A stretch of 49,374 bases of DNA from an uncultured Muribaculaceae bacterium (GTDB taxonomy: Bacteria > Bacillota_I > Bacilli_A > RF39 > UBA660): contig CAZLNV010000002.1 in the NCBI GenBank assembly GCA_964561095.1, forward strand, positions 1 to 49,374, written 5' to 3'. Below the pieces are notes generated by a model. That model worked only from the letters and a program-made list of their open reading frames with translations, made no database searches and was not told the DNA's origin. Every line of letters starts with the position of its first letter. The first letter of the stretch is position 1. Made by a program: the position numbers and the translations under genes. This document shows positions 10,620-19,348 of this stretch, piece after piece.

Positions 10620-11242
10620 TATTTAAGCACCTCCTCTATTCTTTTAACACTTTCAGTATCTATAACCAAACTATTATATTTAATAACGTCTAATACATTG
10701 ATACCTTCTGCATTTATAGTTTTTAATGCTTCATTATTTCTTGATGCTAATACTAAATTTTCATTTTCACCAATTGTTACTAACAATGCATTTTTATTAA
10801 TTTTTAAATTGTTCATAATAGTCATTAAATCTTTAGTTTTATTACTTTCAACATTTAAATTTTCAACTACTATTAATTCTTTATTTTGGAATTTAGAAGA
10901 TAAAGCGCTCTTAAGAGCTAATTTTCTAGATTTCCTATTCATTTTTTTATCATAACTTCTAGGTGTAGGTCCAAAAGCAATACCGCCTCCAGGCCATTGA
11001 ACTGATCTATTTGACCCTTGACGAGCTCTACCAGTTCCTTTTTGTTTCCAAGGTTTTTTACCTCCGCCACTAACTTCAGCTCTAGTTTTTGTTTTGTGAG
11101 TTCCTTGTCTTGATGAAGACATTTGAAATTTTAAAGCATCGCTTAATACATTTTCATTAATTTCAATATCCCAAATATTTTTGTCTAGAGTTAAATCAGT
11201 TGCTTTTTCACCATTAAGTTTTAAAACACTAATCTTTGCCAT
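10619..11242 (-). CDS. rplD: 50S ribosomal protein L4
   Basis: 207 aa with GGGKKPWKQKGTGRARQGS. Confidence 0.96.
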   Translation of the reverse strand: MAKISVLKLNGEKATDLTLDKNIWDIEINENVLSDALKFQMSSSRQGTHKTKTRAEVSGGGKKPWKQKGTGRARQGSNRSVQWPGGGIAFGPTPRSYDKKMNRKSRKLALKSALSSKFQNKELIVVENLNVESNKTKDLMTIMNNLKINKNALLVTIGENENLVLASRNNEALKTINAEGINVLDVIKYNSLVIDTESVKRIEEVLK

Positions 11243-12057
11243 TATTCTGCCTCCTTAGTATCTTCTATAGGAGTTACTTCCTCATTTTTTTCTTCTTCTA
11301 CAATAGTTTCAACTGATCCAGTAACTTCTGTTTCTTCTGGTGTAACAGCATTATTAATTTCTTCTGTAGTTGATTCAGTAGCTGAAACAGTTTCTATTAC
11401 TTCATAACTAACTAAATCTTCTGCATTTTTCTTTCCGCCTTTAATAGCAGTTCTTACTAATACATATCCACCTTTAGGGCCCGGAACATTTCCACTTACT
11501 AAAATACAATTATTATCCACATCTATACTTATTACTTCTAGATTTTGAATAGTAACAGTTTCTTTTCCTAAATGTCCTGGTAATTTTTTACCTTTTAATA
11601 CCCTCATAGGTCTCATTGGTCCTAAAGAGCCTACTCTCCTATGATAAGTTGAACCATGTGTCATTGGTCCACGAGATTGATTCCATCTCTTTATAACACC
11701 TGCAAAGCCTTTTCCTTTTGATGTACCAGTTACATCAACAATTTCTCCAGCTTCAAAAACGTCTACTGCAATTACATTACCTACTTCATAATTTGATACA
11801 TCTAATCCGCGTATTTCTTTTAAGAAGCGCTTAGGTTCAGTTTTTGCTTTTTTAATATGACCCATTTCAGGTCTATTTGATGCTTTTTCTTTTTTATTAA
11901 AAGCACCTAATTGTATTCCGTTATACCCATCTTTTTCAACTGTTTTAATTTGAGTGATTACATTTGGTTCACATTCAATAACAGTTACAGGTATAAGTTT
12001 CCCGTCAGTTGTAAAGACACCAGTCATTCCAACTTTACGTCCTAAGATTCCTTTCAT
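11242..12057 (-). CDS. rplC: 50S ribosomal protein L3 with an acidic C-terminal extension of about 60 aa
   Basis: 271 aa. The L3 core ([12 protein letters not shown]...) is followed by an E/T/V-rich tail. Confidence 0.95.
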   Translation of the reverse strand: MKGILGRKVGMTGVFTTDGKLIPVTVIECEPNVITQIKTVEKDGYNGIQLGAFNKKEKASNRPEMGHIKKAKTEPKRFLKEIRGLDVSNYEVGNVIAVDVFEAGEIVDVTGTSKGKGFAGVIKRWNQSRGPMTHGSTYHRRVGSLGPMRPMRVLKGKKLPGHLGKETVTIQNLEVISIDVDNNCILVSGNVPGPKGGYVLVRTAIKGGKKNAEDLVSYEVIETVSATESTTEEINNAVTPEETEVTGSVETIVEEEKNEEVTPIEDTKEAE

Positions 12058-12079
12058 AATTTCCCTCCAATAATTAATC

Positions 12080-12388
12080 TTATAATTTAATTTCGATATC
12101 TACACCACTTGGTAAATCCAAATGAGTTAATGCTTCAATTGTTTCTTTACTTGGACTTGTGATATCAATTAATCTTTTATGCGTTCTCATTTCAAATTGT
12201 TCACGTGAATCTTTATATTTGTGAACAGCCCTTAAAATGGTAATCTTATCGATTTCAGTTGGTAGCGGTACTGGACCACTTACAACTCCACCAGTTCTCT
12301 TAACAGTCTCAACAATCTTAGCTGCAGCTTGATCAATAATTCTATGATCAAATGCTTTAAGTCTTATTCTTACTTTGTCTTTAGACAT
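12080..12388 (-). CDS. rpsJ: 30S ribosomal protein S10
   Basis: 102 aa, [27 protein letters not shown]. Confidence 0.97.
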   Translation of the reverse strand: MSKDKVRIRLKAFDHRIIDQAAAKIVETVKRTGGVVSGPVPLPTEIDKITILRAVHKYKDSREQFEMRTHKRLIDITSPSKETIEALTHLDLPSGVDIEIKL

Positions 12389-12550
12389 ATTATTTCCTCC
12401 TTCGCCTATTTTTACTAATAGACTTGCTCAGTACAAATTACCTGATATGCATTGAATTCATTTACAACTCAACCTGGTGTATCAGCAACCTCGCACTTCT
12501 CAGCCAGTCATACTGCATTAAATTATATGATAAAAGAATAAAAAAATCAA
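12389..12550 (-). promoter_or_regulatory. S10-operon sigma-A type promoter plus an untranslated leader of about 125 nt
   Basis: Minus strand reads TTGATT (12545-12550), a 17-nt spacer, then TATAAT (12522-12527). The leader down to the rpsJ AGGAGG RBS is visibly more G/C-rich than its surroundings. Confidence 0.6.
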
Positions 12551-12584
12551 GCATTTTTCTCGATTTCTTTATTTTTTATTAAAA

Positions 12585-12644
12585 ACCACTATTTTGTATA
12601 TAAAAATTTTTAAAAATAGTGGGTCATTAATGTCCCACTATTTT
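12585..12644 (-). terminator. rho-independent terminator region with three mutually complementary arms
   Basis: CCCACTATTTT (12634-12644), AAAATAGTGGG (12613-12623) and CCACTATTTT (12586-12595). On the minus-strand transcript either hairpin is followed by a U-run. The stop codon of the upstream gene sits in the first loop. Confidence 0.7.
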
Positions 12645-13862
12645 GGTTATTTTATTTAATTGATTAACAAAAGGCTCACTGCATAAATATAGATTTAAAA
12701 TATATGTTGTTATTAATACTGTGTAATATATATACGCATCTTTTTGTTTTAGATCTCTTACTATTCTTGTAACGAGTAATACAAATAAGATTAACTCCAT
12801 AGTCAAAAATAATATCACCTGACTTCTTAATATTGTAAATCCATACTCTGCTACATAAAGAAACATTCTATAATATGCATTAAATATTAAGATAATTGAG
12901 AATCCAATAAGCATTAATAGAAGTATTTTAATAAAATTACTTTCTTTAATCTTATTTGTATAATATAAAAAATATATAATTAAAATAAAGTTTATTGAAG
13001 TTACACCTAAAAGTTGAAAGAATCCTTCTCTAGCATACTCTGCATAAGTATACTCTATTGGTATATTCAAGAAATTAACTGTCAATTTAGAAATTTCTGA
13101 TATTAAAAATAATATAAATATTAAATTAACTATTGTTAATATAGTAATACCTAAAGAAGTATTAATATTATATATTCTTCCCTCTTTCATCTTTAACTTT
13201 CTATTTTTAAGTATATTTATAAATGTACAAAATAATATTATAAATGATACCACCAACACAATTATATTTTCTCTTATCACTCTAAAATTTAAAACTTTAT
13301 TAAAAATACTTAATGCGCCACTCATAAATTCACTAAAATATTTATCAGCAGAAACTAGTAAAGTTAAGATAACCCCGCCTATTACTAATCCAATTACTAC
13401 CCCTAAGAGAATATTGATTATATTCTTTTTTTTGTTATCAATTTTTAGTGGAAATTTAAAATATTTAAAATTATTAAATAATCCACCAGGAAAAAATTTG
13501 AATACCCAATTAAATGATTCCTTTGATAACTTGTAATTTGTATTCGTTAAACTAAAGAAAAATATTGATATTAATATAGGCAATACTATTAAGTTTAATA
13601 AAGCATTAGTTATGTCAATCTTTATTATATAGTTACTTGCCATTATTAATCCTATAGGGATTAAGTAGTAATACGCTTTATTATTTTTATCTAGTTTCAT
13701 TTTTCTTATGATAATTATATAACTAATTAACAATAAAAATATTGGGATGTTAACAATTAAATTATAACTATCTTTAACTTTAATGTTAAAGACTACCATT
13801 ATTATTAAAGCTGTTATTAATGATACTAATGATATAAATTTTAAATTTTTTTCATTTTCCAT
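12627..13862 (-). CDS. polytopic membrane protein (DUF4153/DUF4173-like by overall look)
   Basis: 411 aa, about 10 hydrophobic segments, last gene of a three-gene unit. Confidence 0.8.
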   Translation of the reverse strand: MENEKNLKFISLVSLITALIIMVVFNIKVKDSYNLIVNIPIFLLLISYIIIIRKMKLDKNNKAYYYLIPIGLIMASNYIIKIDITNALLNLIVLPILISIFFFSLTNTNYKLSKESFNWVFKFFPGGLFNNFKYFKFPLKIDNKKKNIINILLGVVIGLVIGGVILTLLVSADKYFSEFMSGALSIFNKVLNFRVIRENIIVLVVSFIILFCTFINILKNRKLKMKEGRIYNINTSLGITILTIVNLIFILFLISEISKLTVNFLNIPIEYTYAEYAREGFFQLLGVTSINFILIIYFLYYTNKIKESNFIKILLLMLIGFSIILIFNAYYRMFLYVAEYGFTILRSQVILFLTMELILFVLLVTRIVRDLKQKDAYIYYTVLITTYILNLYLCSEPFVNQLNKITKIVGH

Positions 13863-13864
13863 TT

Positions 13865-14065
13865 TTACTCCTTATACTCAAGTATATCGCTTGGTTGACA
13901 CTTTAATACCTTACATATAATTTCTAATGTTGAAAACCTTATTGCTTTTGCTTTGTTAGTTTTTAATATTGATAAATTTGTAGTAGTTATTCCCGTTTTT
14001 TCGCTTAATTCATTTAATGACATTTTTCTTTTAGCCATCATTACATCTAAATTTACTATTATCAT
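13865..14065 (-). CDS. small Cro/C1 (XRE)-type HTH regulator, YozG-like
   Basis: 66 aa, MSLNELSEKTGITTTNLSILKTNKAKAIRFSTLEIICKVLKCQPSDILEY. Confidence 0.88.
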   Translation of the reverse strand: MIIVNLDVMMAKRKMSLNELSEKTGITTTNLSILKTNKAKAIRFSTLEIICKVLKCQPSDILEYKE

Positions 14066-14066
14066 A

Positions 14067-14519
14067 CTACACCGTTAAATCCAATTCGCTTTTATATGCT
14101 ATAGCCGATTTTATAACTTGACTTAATACATAAAAACTTAAACTTACCATAAAAGTAATAATCATAACTGCGAATGTAAGCATGGTTGGTATAAATATTG
14201 ATTTAATGCTTACTATTAAAAATAATGCCATAAATAATGTAGCTATCACTTTCAAAATTACCTCAATATCTTTTTTAAATGGGCTATCTTTATAAATTTT
14301 TTTAAATAAGCACATTAAGTTATAAAGTATTCCTAAACTAATGATATAACAAGTATAAAAAGCTATCTTATAATATATTGTTTGCTCTTCAAATTTTGGC
14401 AATACTTCCCCAATAACACTATTATATATAGTTGGTATTAAAAATAAGCAAATAACTCCAATTACTAACATTATTATTAATATTATATATATAATATTAG
14501 ACAAAATACTTTTTTTCAT
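14067..14519 (-). CDS. small membrane protein (DUF2975-like partner of YozG-type regulators)
   Basis: 150 aa, 4 TM segments, 1-nt gap to the HTH gene, GAGGTG RBS. Confidence 0.8.
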   Translation of the reverse strand: MKKSILSNIIYIILIIMLVIGVICLFLIPTIYNSVIGEVLPKFEEQTIYYKIAFYTCYIISLGILYNLMCLFKKIYKDSPFKKDIEVILKVIATLFMALFLIVSIKSIFIPTMLTFAVMIITFMVSLSFYVLSQVIKSAIAYKSELDLTV

Positions 14520-14537
14520 AATTCACCTCTCAAGTAA

Positions 14538-14566
14538 TATAATACTATAAATTTTATACTTGTCAA
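14538..14566 (-). promoter_or_regulatory. candidate promoter of the membrane/HTH/membrane unit
   Basis: Minus strand reads TTGACA (14561-14566), a 16-nt spacer, then TATTAT (14539-14544). Confidence 0.45.
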
Positions 14567-14608
14567 TATAAATTTATCGATTATCGTAAAATATTGTGTT
14601 TAATTTTC

Positions 14609-14637
14609 TTGATTATTATAATATTATTTAATATAAT
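14609..14637 (+). promoter_or_regulatory. candidate uppS promoter
   Basis: TTGATT (14609-14614), a 17-nt spacer, then TATAAT (14632-14637), about 20 nt upstream of the uppS start. Confidence 0.5.
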
Positions 14638-14659
14638 TGTTTTAACAGAAGGAGTTATA

Positions 14660-15367
14660 ATGAATAAAAAAATGCCGGAACACATTGCTATTATCATGGA
14701 TGGTAATGGAAGGTGGGCAACAAATCAAAATTTAAAAAGAACACAAGGTCATTATGCGGGATATAAAAGATTAAAGAAGACCGCAACTTATATATTAAAT
14801 AAAGGAATTAAATACTTAAGCGTTTTTGCTTTTTCCACTGAGAACTTTGCAAGAAGTAAAGAAGAAGTTGATTACTTAATGAATTTATTTATTACATCTT
14901 TTAGCAAAGAAATAAATTTTTTTATAAAAAATAATATAAAGGTGGTTTTTTCCGGTAGAAGGGAACCTTTAAATGATCAAGTATATGAGGCAATGAAAAA
15001 TGTAGAAAACAAAACCTCTATGTGTACTGGGGGAATATTTAATGTTTGCTTAAACTATGGGGGTCAATCAGAAATAGTGGATGCTACTAAGAAAATAGTA
15101 AACGATGTAATACAGAATAAAATAAAAAAAGAAGATATAGATACAGATTTATTTTATAAATATTTATATAATGATTTACCGCCCATTGACTTATTAATAA
15201 GGACTAGCGGAGAAGTTAGAATTAGTAACTTTATGCTTTATAGTATGAGTTATTCAGAACTATATTTTACAAAAACTTTTTTTCCGGACTTTGATGAATC
15301 AGAAGTAGATAAAGCTTTGGAAGAATATAATAATAGAATAAGAACAAAAGGAAAAGATAGAAAATAA
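14660..15367 (+). CDS. uppS: undecaprenyl (isoprenyl) diphosphate synthase
   Basis: MPEHIAIIMDGNGRWA and IRTSGE..ISNF motifs. ATG at 14660 follows an AAGGAG RBS. The track ORF from TTG 14594 is an unlikely extension. Confidence 0.93.
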   Translation: MNKKMPEHIAIIMDGNGRWATNQNLKRTQGHYAGYKRLKKTATYILNKGIKYLSVFAFSTENFARSKEEVDYLMNLFITSFSKEINFFIKNNIKVVFSGRREPLNDQVYEAMKNVENKTSMCTGGIFNVCLNYGGQSEIVDATKKIVNDVIQNKIKKEDIDTDLFYKYLYNDLPPIDLLIRTSGEVRISNFMLYSMSYSELYFTKTFFPDFDESEVDKALEEYNNRIRTKGKDRK

Positions 15368-15396
15368 TCTATCTTTTTAATTATTAAGTTCTCAAT

Positions 15397-15420
15397 AAAA
15401 AAGAGCCTAAGCTCTTACAT
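15397..15420. terminator. shared hairpin between convergent uppS and the HPt-receiver gene
   Basis: AAGAGC-CTAA-GCTCTT with an A-run on one side. It gives a U-run on the minus-strand transcript. Confidence 0.55.
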
Positions 15421-16206
15421 CATTTTATTAAATGCTTTTGTTTTTTCAACTACTCTTTTAATATCTCTTTCATTGAATGGTTTTGTTAACACTTCAACAA
15501 TTGGATATTTAGCTACTTCTTCAATTGTTTCATTAGAATCTTCTCCAGTTATTATTGAAACAGGAATAGTATTAAATAATTGATTATCCTTTAAAAATTC
15601 CAATACTTCTATCCCACTACAATTAGGCATATTTAAGTCTAGTAACATTGCAACTATATTATTATCTTTTCTATTTTCAATTATATCTATTGCTTCTTTT
15701 CCATCCCCGGCAGATATTACTGCATAAGCTCCTTTAAATACTTTTTCTATAAATATTCTAATTACATTTGAATCATCAACAACTAAAATTGTTTTATCCT
15801 TAGTTGGATCAAATTTTAATTCTTCTATATCTTCAACTGGAATTGTTTTATCTCCAAAATATTCTTTAACTATATTTATCACTTTAGTTGTCTCTTTCAT
15901 TAACTCATTAAAGTGATCAAAAACATAATACATATTATTCGCTTTACTTTTGAGTTCATGGTCATATGCAAGTTCAGCTAAGTTCTCAAATCCAAAATAT
16001 TTTGCATCTGATTTTAGTGAATGCACTAATATTGCATAATTTGGCATATCAGTTGCTTCCTTATATTCTTTTATTTTTTTTACCTTTTCTTCAATAGCGG
16101 ATAAAAAGTCTCTCAAAGTTAGATTGTATGTTTCCATATCACCAAATAACTCTAAACTTTTTTCTACATTAACTCCATTATCTTCCAAAAATTTTCTATC
16201 TTTCAT
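15415..16206 (-). CDS. HPt (histidine phosphotransfer) domain fused to a receiver domain, with no output domain
   Basis: N-terminus carries HSLKSDAKYFGF (HxxKG-type HPt motif). C-terminus carries ILVVDDS...LLDLNMP...LTKPF (REC). GGAGG RBS, 10 nt after the kinase gene. Confidence 0.88.
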   Translation of the reverse strand: MKDRKFLEDNGVNVEKSLELFGDMETYNLTLRDFLSAIEEKVKKIKEYKEATDMPNYAILVHSLKSDAKYFGFENLAELAYDHELKSKANNMYYVFDHFNELMKETTKVINIVKEYFGDKTIPVEDIEELKFDPTKDKTILVVDDSNVIRIFIEKVFKGAYAVISAGDGKEAIDIIENRKDNNIVAMLLDLNMPNCSGIEVLEFLKDNQLFNTIPVSIITGEDSNETIEEVAKYPIVEVLTKPFNERDIKRVVEKTKAFNKMM

Positions 16207-16216
16207 AATTCCTCCA

Positions 16217-18046
16217 TTATCCCAAATATTTTCTTAATTTATTTTCAAGTTCTATCATATTCATTGGTTTGGCTATATAATCCGTAAATCCAGATGCTAA
16301 ATACTTTTCTCTCATTCCAGTAATAGCATTCGCAGTTAGTGCGATTACTGGGGTATTGAAATTGGGTATTTTACGCAGTTTTTTAAGTGTTTCAGTTCCA
16401 GTCATTATAGGCATCATATCATCAAGCAAAATGAGATCATATTTATTTCCACTTTCTATTTTTTCTAGACATCCTTTGCCAGAATCCACCTCCTCTGACT
16501 CAACATTATATTTAAGCAGTAATCTTGAAGCAACTTTTAGATTAACTATATTATCATCTACTATTAATACTTTTTTACCTTTAAAATTCAATAATGCTTT
16601 ATCAAGTTTGAGAACTTTAGTTTTTTCTAATTTTTTTTTATCTTCCACTATTTTTTGATCTATAGCAACTGTAAACTTTGAGCCAGTTCCATATTCACTT
16701 TGAACAACTATCTTACCTTTCATAAGTTCTACTAACTTTTTAGTAATTGCAAGCCCTAAACCCGTTCCTTCTGCTGTTGTATTTTTTTCAACTTCTAATC
16801 GTTCAAATCTAGTAAATAATTTATCAATCTTTTCTTTCTTAATGCCTATACCAGTATCCTCTACTGAAATTATTAATCTAACAACTCCATTATGTATAAC
16901 AGAATCAACATTGAATGTTATGCTACCCTGAGGAGTATACTTAATTGAATTTGTTAATAAATTCAATATTATCTGTTTCACTCTTGCATGATCTCCGTAT
17001 AATACCGGGGGTATTGATTCATCATATGAACTTATAAATTCTATTGGTTTATCATTAGCTTTTATCTTAATATTACAAAATGCCACCAATTCATTAAATA
17101 CCTTTTTAAATTCATATTCACTTTTTATTATTTCAAGTTTATTAGCTTCTATCTTAGAAATATCTAATATACCATTAACAATTTCCAACAAGTTATCAGA
17201 TGCATTCATAATATGGCCTATTTCCTCTTTAACATCTTCTGGAACTTTTTCATTTTCACTTATTATTTGACTAAACCCAACTATAGCGTTTAATGGGGTT
17301 CTTATTTCATGTGACATACTTGATAAAAAATCAGTTTTAGCATTATTAGCTTTTACAGCTTGATCTTTAGCAATATTAAGTTCATTAATCATTTTAACAT
17401 CTGGATTTTCAATGGTAAAAAACATCATCAAGTCAACATATACAAGCATTAATGTAGTAATCATTAATGCCGGATTTATAGTTCTTAATATCATTACAAC
17501 AATTATCAAGACGATTAATGCTAGTAATGGTAAATACTTTTTGTTCAATAAATTTTTAAAATTTGCTAAAGCACATATAACGCAAGCTAAAATATAGAAA
17601 CCAGTTCCCATAAATATAAGATTTACAGCCGCCCCATCAGCATACATAATATCTTGATCATTTACTATGTTAAATGGCAATATCATTATCGCAAGCACTA
17701 GAAGTAAGTTAATGATCATTGTTATTTTTATAACTTTATTATATGATTTACTAAATTTCTTTTTATAATTAAATGATATATATACAACATATAAGAATAA
17801 AAACCACGCATATACTATATAAATTGTAAAGTCTAATTTGTTAAATGTAATTATTAATTTAGATTCCGGAAATTTGTACCCCAAAAATATAATCGTTAAG
17901 GCAAGACAAACTTCAACCATTGTTGTTATTAACAATGCAGAAAATATTCCTGTCTCAATATTTTTTATTCTTTCTTTTCTATAGTATATAATCATTATTG
18001 TTGCAAGTATTAAAAATGCATATACTAAAAAATATAAATTATTCAC
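16217..18046 (-). CDS. hybrid sensor histidine kinase (multi-TM sensor, HisKA, HATPase, C-terminal receiver)
   Basis: About 6 TM segments. H-box SHEIRTPLN, N-box LLTNSIKYT, G-boxes DTGIGI and GTGLGL. Then VLIVDDN...LLDDMMP...IAKPM. GTG start behind AGGTGG. Confidence 0.92.
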   Translation of the reverse strand: MNNLYFLVYAFLILATIMIIYYRKERIKNIETGIFSALLITTMVEVCLALTIIFLGYKFPESKLIITFNKLDFTIYIVYAWFLFLYVVYISFNYKKKFSKSYNKVIKITMIINLLLVLAIMILPFNIVNDQDIMYADGAAVNLIFMGTGFYILACVICALANFKNLLNKKYLPLLALIVLIIVVMILRTINPALMITTLMLVYVDLMMFFTIENPDVKMINELNIAKDQAVKANNAKTDFLSSMSHEIRTPLNAIVGFSQIISENEKVPEDVKEEIGHIMNASDNLLEIVNGILDISKIEANKLEIIKSEYEFKKVFNELVAFCNIKIKANDKPIEFISSYDESIPPVLYGDHARVKQIILNLLTNSIKYTPQGSITFNVDSVIHNGVVRLIISVEDTGIGIKKEKIDKLFTRFERLEVEKNTTAEGTGLGLAITKKLVELMKGKIVVQSEYGTGSKFTVAIDQKIVEDKKKLEKTKVLKLDKALLNFKGKKVLIVDDNIVNLKVASRLLLKYNVESEEVDSGKGCLEKIESGNKYDLILLDDMMPIMTGTETLKKLRKIPNFNTPVIALTANAITGMREKYLASGFTDYIAKPMNMIELENKLRKYLG

Positions 18047-18079
18047 ACTACCACCTACTTTATACTATACCATATTTTA

Positions 18080-18967
18080 TTAACGTTTTAAAGTCAACTT
18101 ATTAACATTTATCGGCATAACATCATCATATGTTTCATAACTTTTTATTGCAAGCTTTCTAATGTCCTCTGGCCCCATCTTTGGATATCCTTTTACTAAT
18201 TCATCTTTCCATTCTTTGTATCTTCCGCTTTCATATTCTTCTCTAGTAATTCTAGGAATCTTAGTTTCCCAAATTTCATACTTTAATCTAGCCATCTCAT
18301 CTCTTAAAGTTTTTAAAGCTTCATTTCTATCAGTTTTATAATTTAATCTAAGTGGCATCCCATACTTAACATATACATTATTAGTTTTATCTTCATATTC
18401 CATTACTACAGGCACAATTGGATATTCAGTTATTTTAGCAATATCTATTATACCAGCTCCAAGTTCTAACATTGGAACGCTTTCTTCTAAGTTCCATGCT
18501 CCTTCAGGAAAAATCATTAGGTCTCTCCCATACAAAGCTCTTTTAATCATCTCGGTCTTTGCTGATTTTTCACTTTCCTTATTACCCCTTTGTAAATAAA
18601 CAACACCTTTAATCCTAAAAAGTAAACCAGATACATCATTTTTATTTTCATCACTAGCTAATAAATAACTATGTCTGCCTATTATTTCAGTGGCAAGTGG
18701 CACGTCATTAGCATTAGAATGATTAAAACCAAATATCATAGTCTCTTTTTTATCTACAGGGCATTCATTTAAAAATATTAAATTTTTTTTTCTAATAGTT
18801 TTTAGTATCCCAAGCAATATTGGACTAAAAGCATCTCCAGCCTTAATTGAAGCTTTTGGATTCGGAAGCTCACCATAATATTCTTTTAGTTCTTTATAAT
18901 ACTGTTTTAATTCTTCATCAGAAAAGTTTTTTAACTCTTCCCAATTCTTTTTTTCAAATTCTCTCAT
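18080..18967 (-). CDS. lysophospholipid/glycerol-3-phosphate acyltransferase family protein (PlsC-like)
   Basis: NHSNAND (HX4D) and FPEGAW motifs. ATG at 18965-18967 (MREFEKK...) preferred over the track start at 18994. Confidence 0.82.
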   Translation of the reverse strand: MREFEKKNWEELKNFSDEELKQYYKELKEYYGELPNPKASIKAGDAFSPILLGILKTIRKKNLIFLNECPVDKKETMIFGFNHSNANDVPLATEIIGRHSYLLASDENKNDVSGLLFRIKGVVYLQRGNKESEKSAKTEMIKRALYGRDLMIFPEGAWNLEESVPMLELGAGIIDIAKITEYPIVPVVMEYEDKTNNVYVKYGMPLRLNYKTDRNEALKTLRDEMARLKYEIWETKIPRITREEYESGRYKEWKDELVKGYPKMGPEDIRKLAIKSYETYDDVMPINVNKLTLKR

Positions 18968-19020
18968 ATTATCCCCTTGTATTAATAATATCACTTTTTA
19001 TTTTTTTTTCAATAAATCAA

Positions 19021-19049
19021 TAGACTTCGTGTGACATATTTGATACAAT
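19021..19049 (+). promoter_or_regulatory. candidate promoter placing the transcription start at or next to the ATG of the XRE gene
   Basis: TAGACT (19021-19026), a 17-nt spacer, then TGaTACAAT (extended -10, 19041-19049). Only 6 nt separate the -10 element from ATG 19056, and there is no Shine-Dalgarno sequence. Confidence 0.45.
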
Positions 19050-19055
19050 AGTATT

Positions 19056-19319
19056 ATGAATAAAATGAGTGAAATAAAAAACTATATTAAAATTGACAAA
19101 ACTTTTGATGAATTAGAGAATGATTTCATAAAAGAATTTATCTTTACAAGAAAAAGTAATAATCTAACTCAACAATTGCTTGCGGATTATTCCAACACTT
19201 CTAGAGAAAAAATTGCTAGAATAGAAAAGAAAATGCATTCTCCCACAATAAAAAGTTTAATCAAAATACTTGGCTCAATTGGATATACAATAAAAATAGA
19301 AAAAAAACCTTATATTTAA
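19056..19319 (+). CDS. XRE-family HTH transcriptional regulator
   Basis: 87 aa, NLTQQLLADYSNTSREKIARIEKKMHSPTIKSLIKILGSIG. Confidence 0.85.
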   Translation: MNKMSEIKNYIKIDKTFDELENDFIKEFIFTRKSNNLTQQLLADYSNTSREKIARIEKKMHSPTIKSLIKILGSIGYTIKIEKKPYI

Positions 19320-19332
19320 ATATAAGGTTTTT
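19301..19332. terminator. bidirectional terminator palindrome
   Basis: AAAAAAACCTTATATTT/AAATATAAGGTTTTT is a perfect inverted repeat flanked by an A-run and a T-run. It lies between convergent genes. Confidence 0.75.
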
Positions 19333-19348
19333 ATATAATATAAATTTA

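Noticed and set aside
3378-11000. Plus-strand ORFs of 64-124 aa inside the ribosomal protein genes (3378-3746, 4094-4348, 4962-5207, 5686-5880, 6375-6575, 7068-7328, 8547-8921, 9029-9253, 10698-10955).
   Set aside because: All lie antisense to very confidently identified ribosomal protein genes. They have hydrophobic, low-complexity translations typical of mirror frames and no RBS.
16356-17597. Plus-strand ORFs inside the hybrid kinase gene (16356-16658, 17412-17597). The same pattern appears inside other genes: 19521-19748, 20971-21171, 27924-28151, 28423-28683, 30118-30336, 30523-30747, 30826-31134, 33989-34195, 35215-35502, 35699-36010, 36230-36580, 40045-40266, 42780-43076, 44269-44463, 45698-45886 and 48219-48425.
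   Set aside because: Each is antisense to, or nested in, a longer ORF with recognisable motifs. None has an RBS or a recognisable family.
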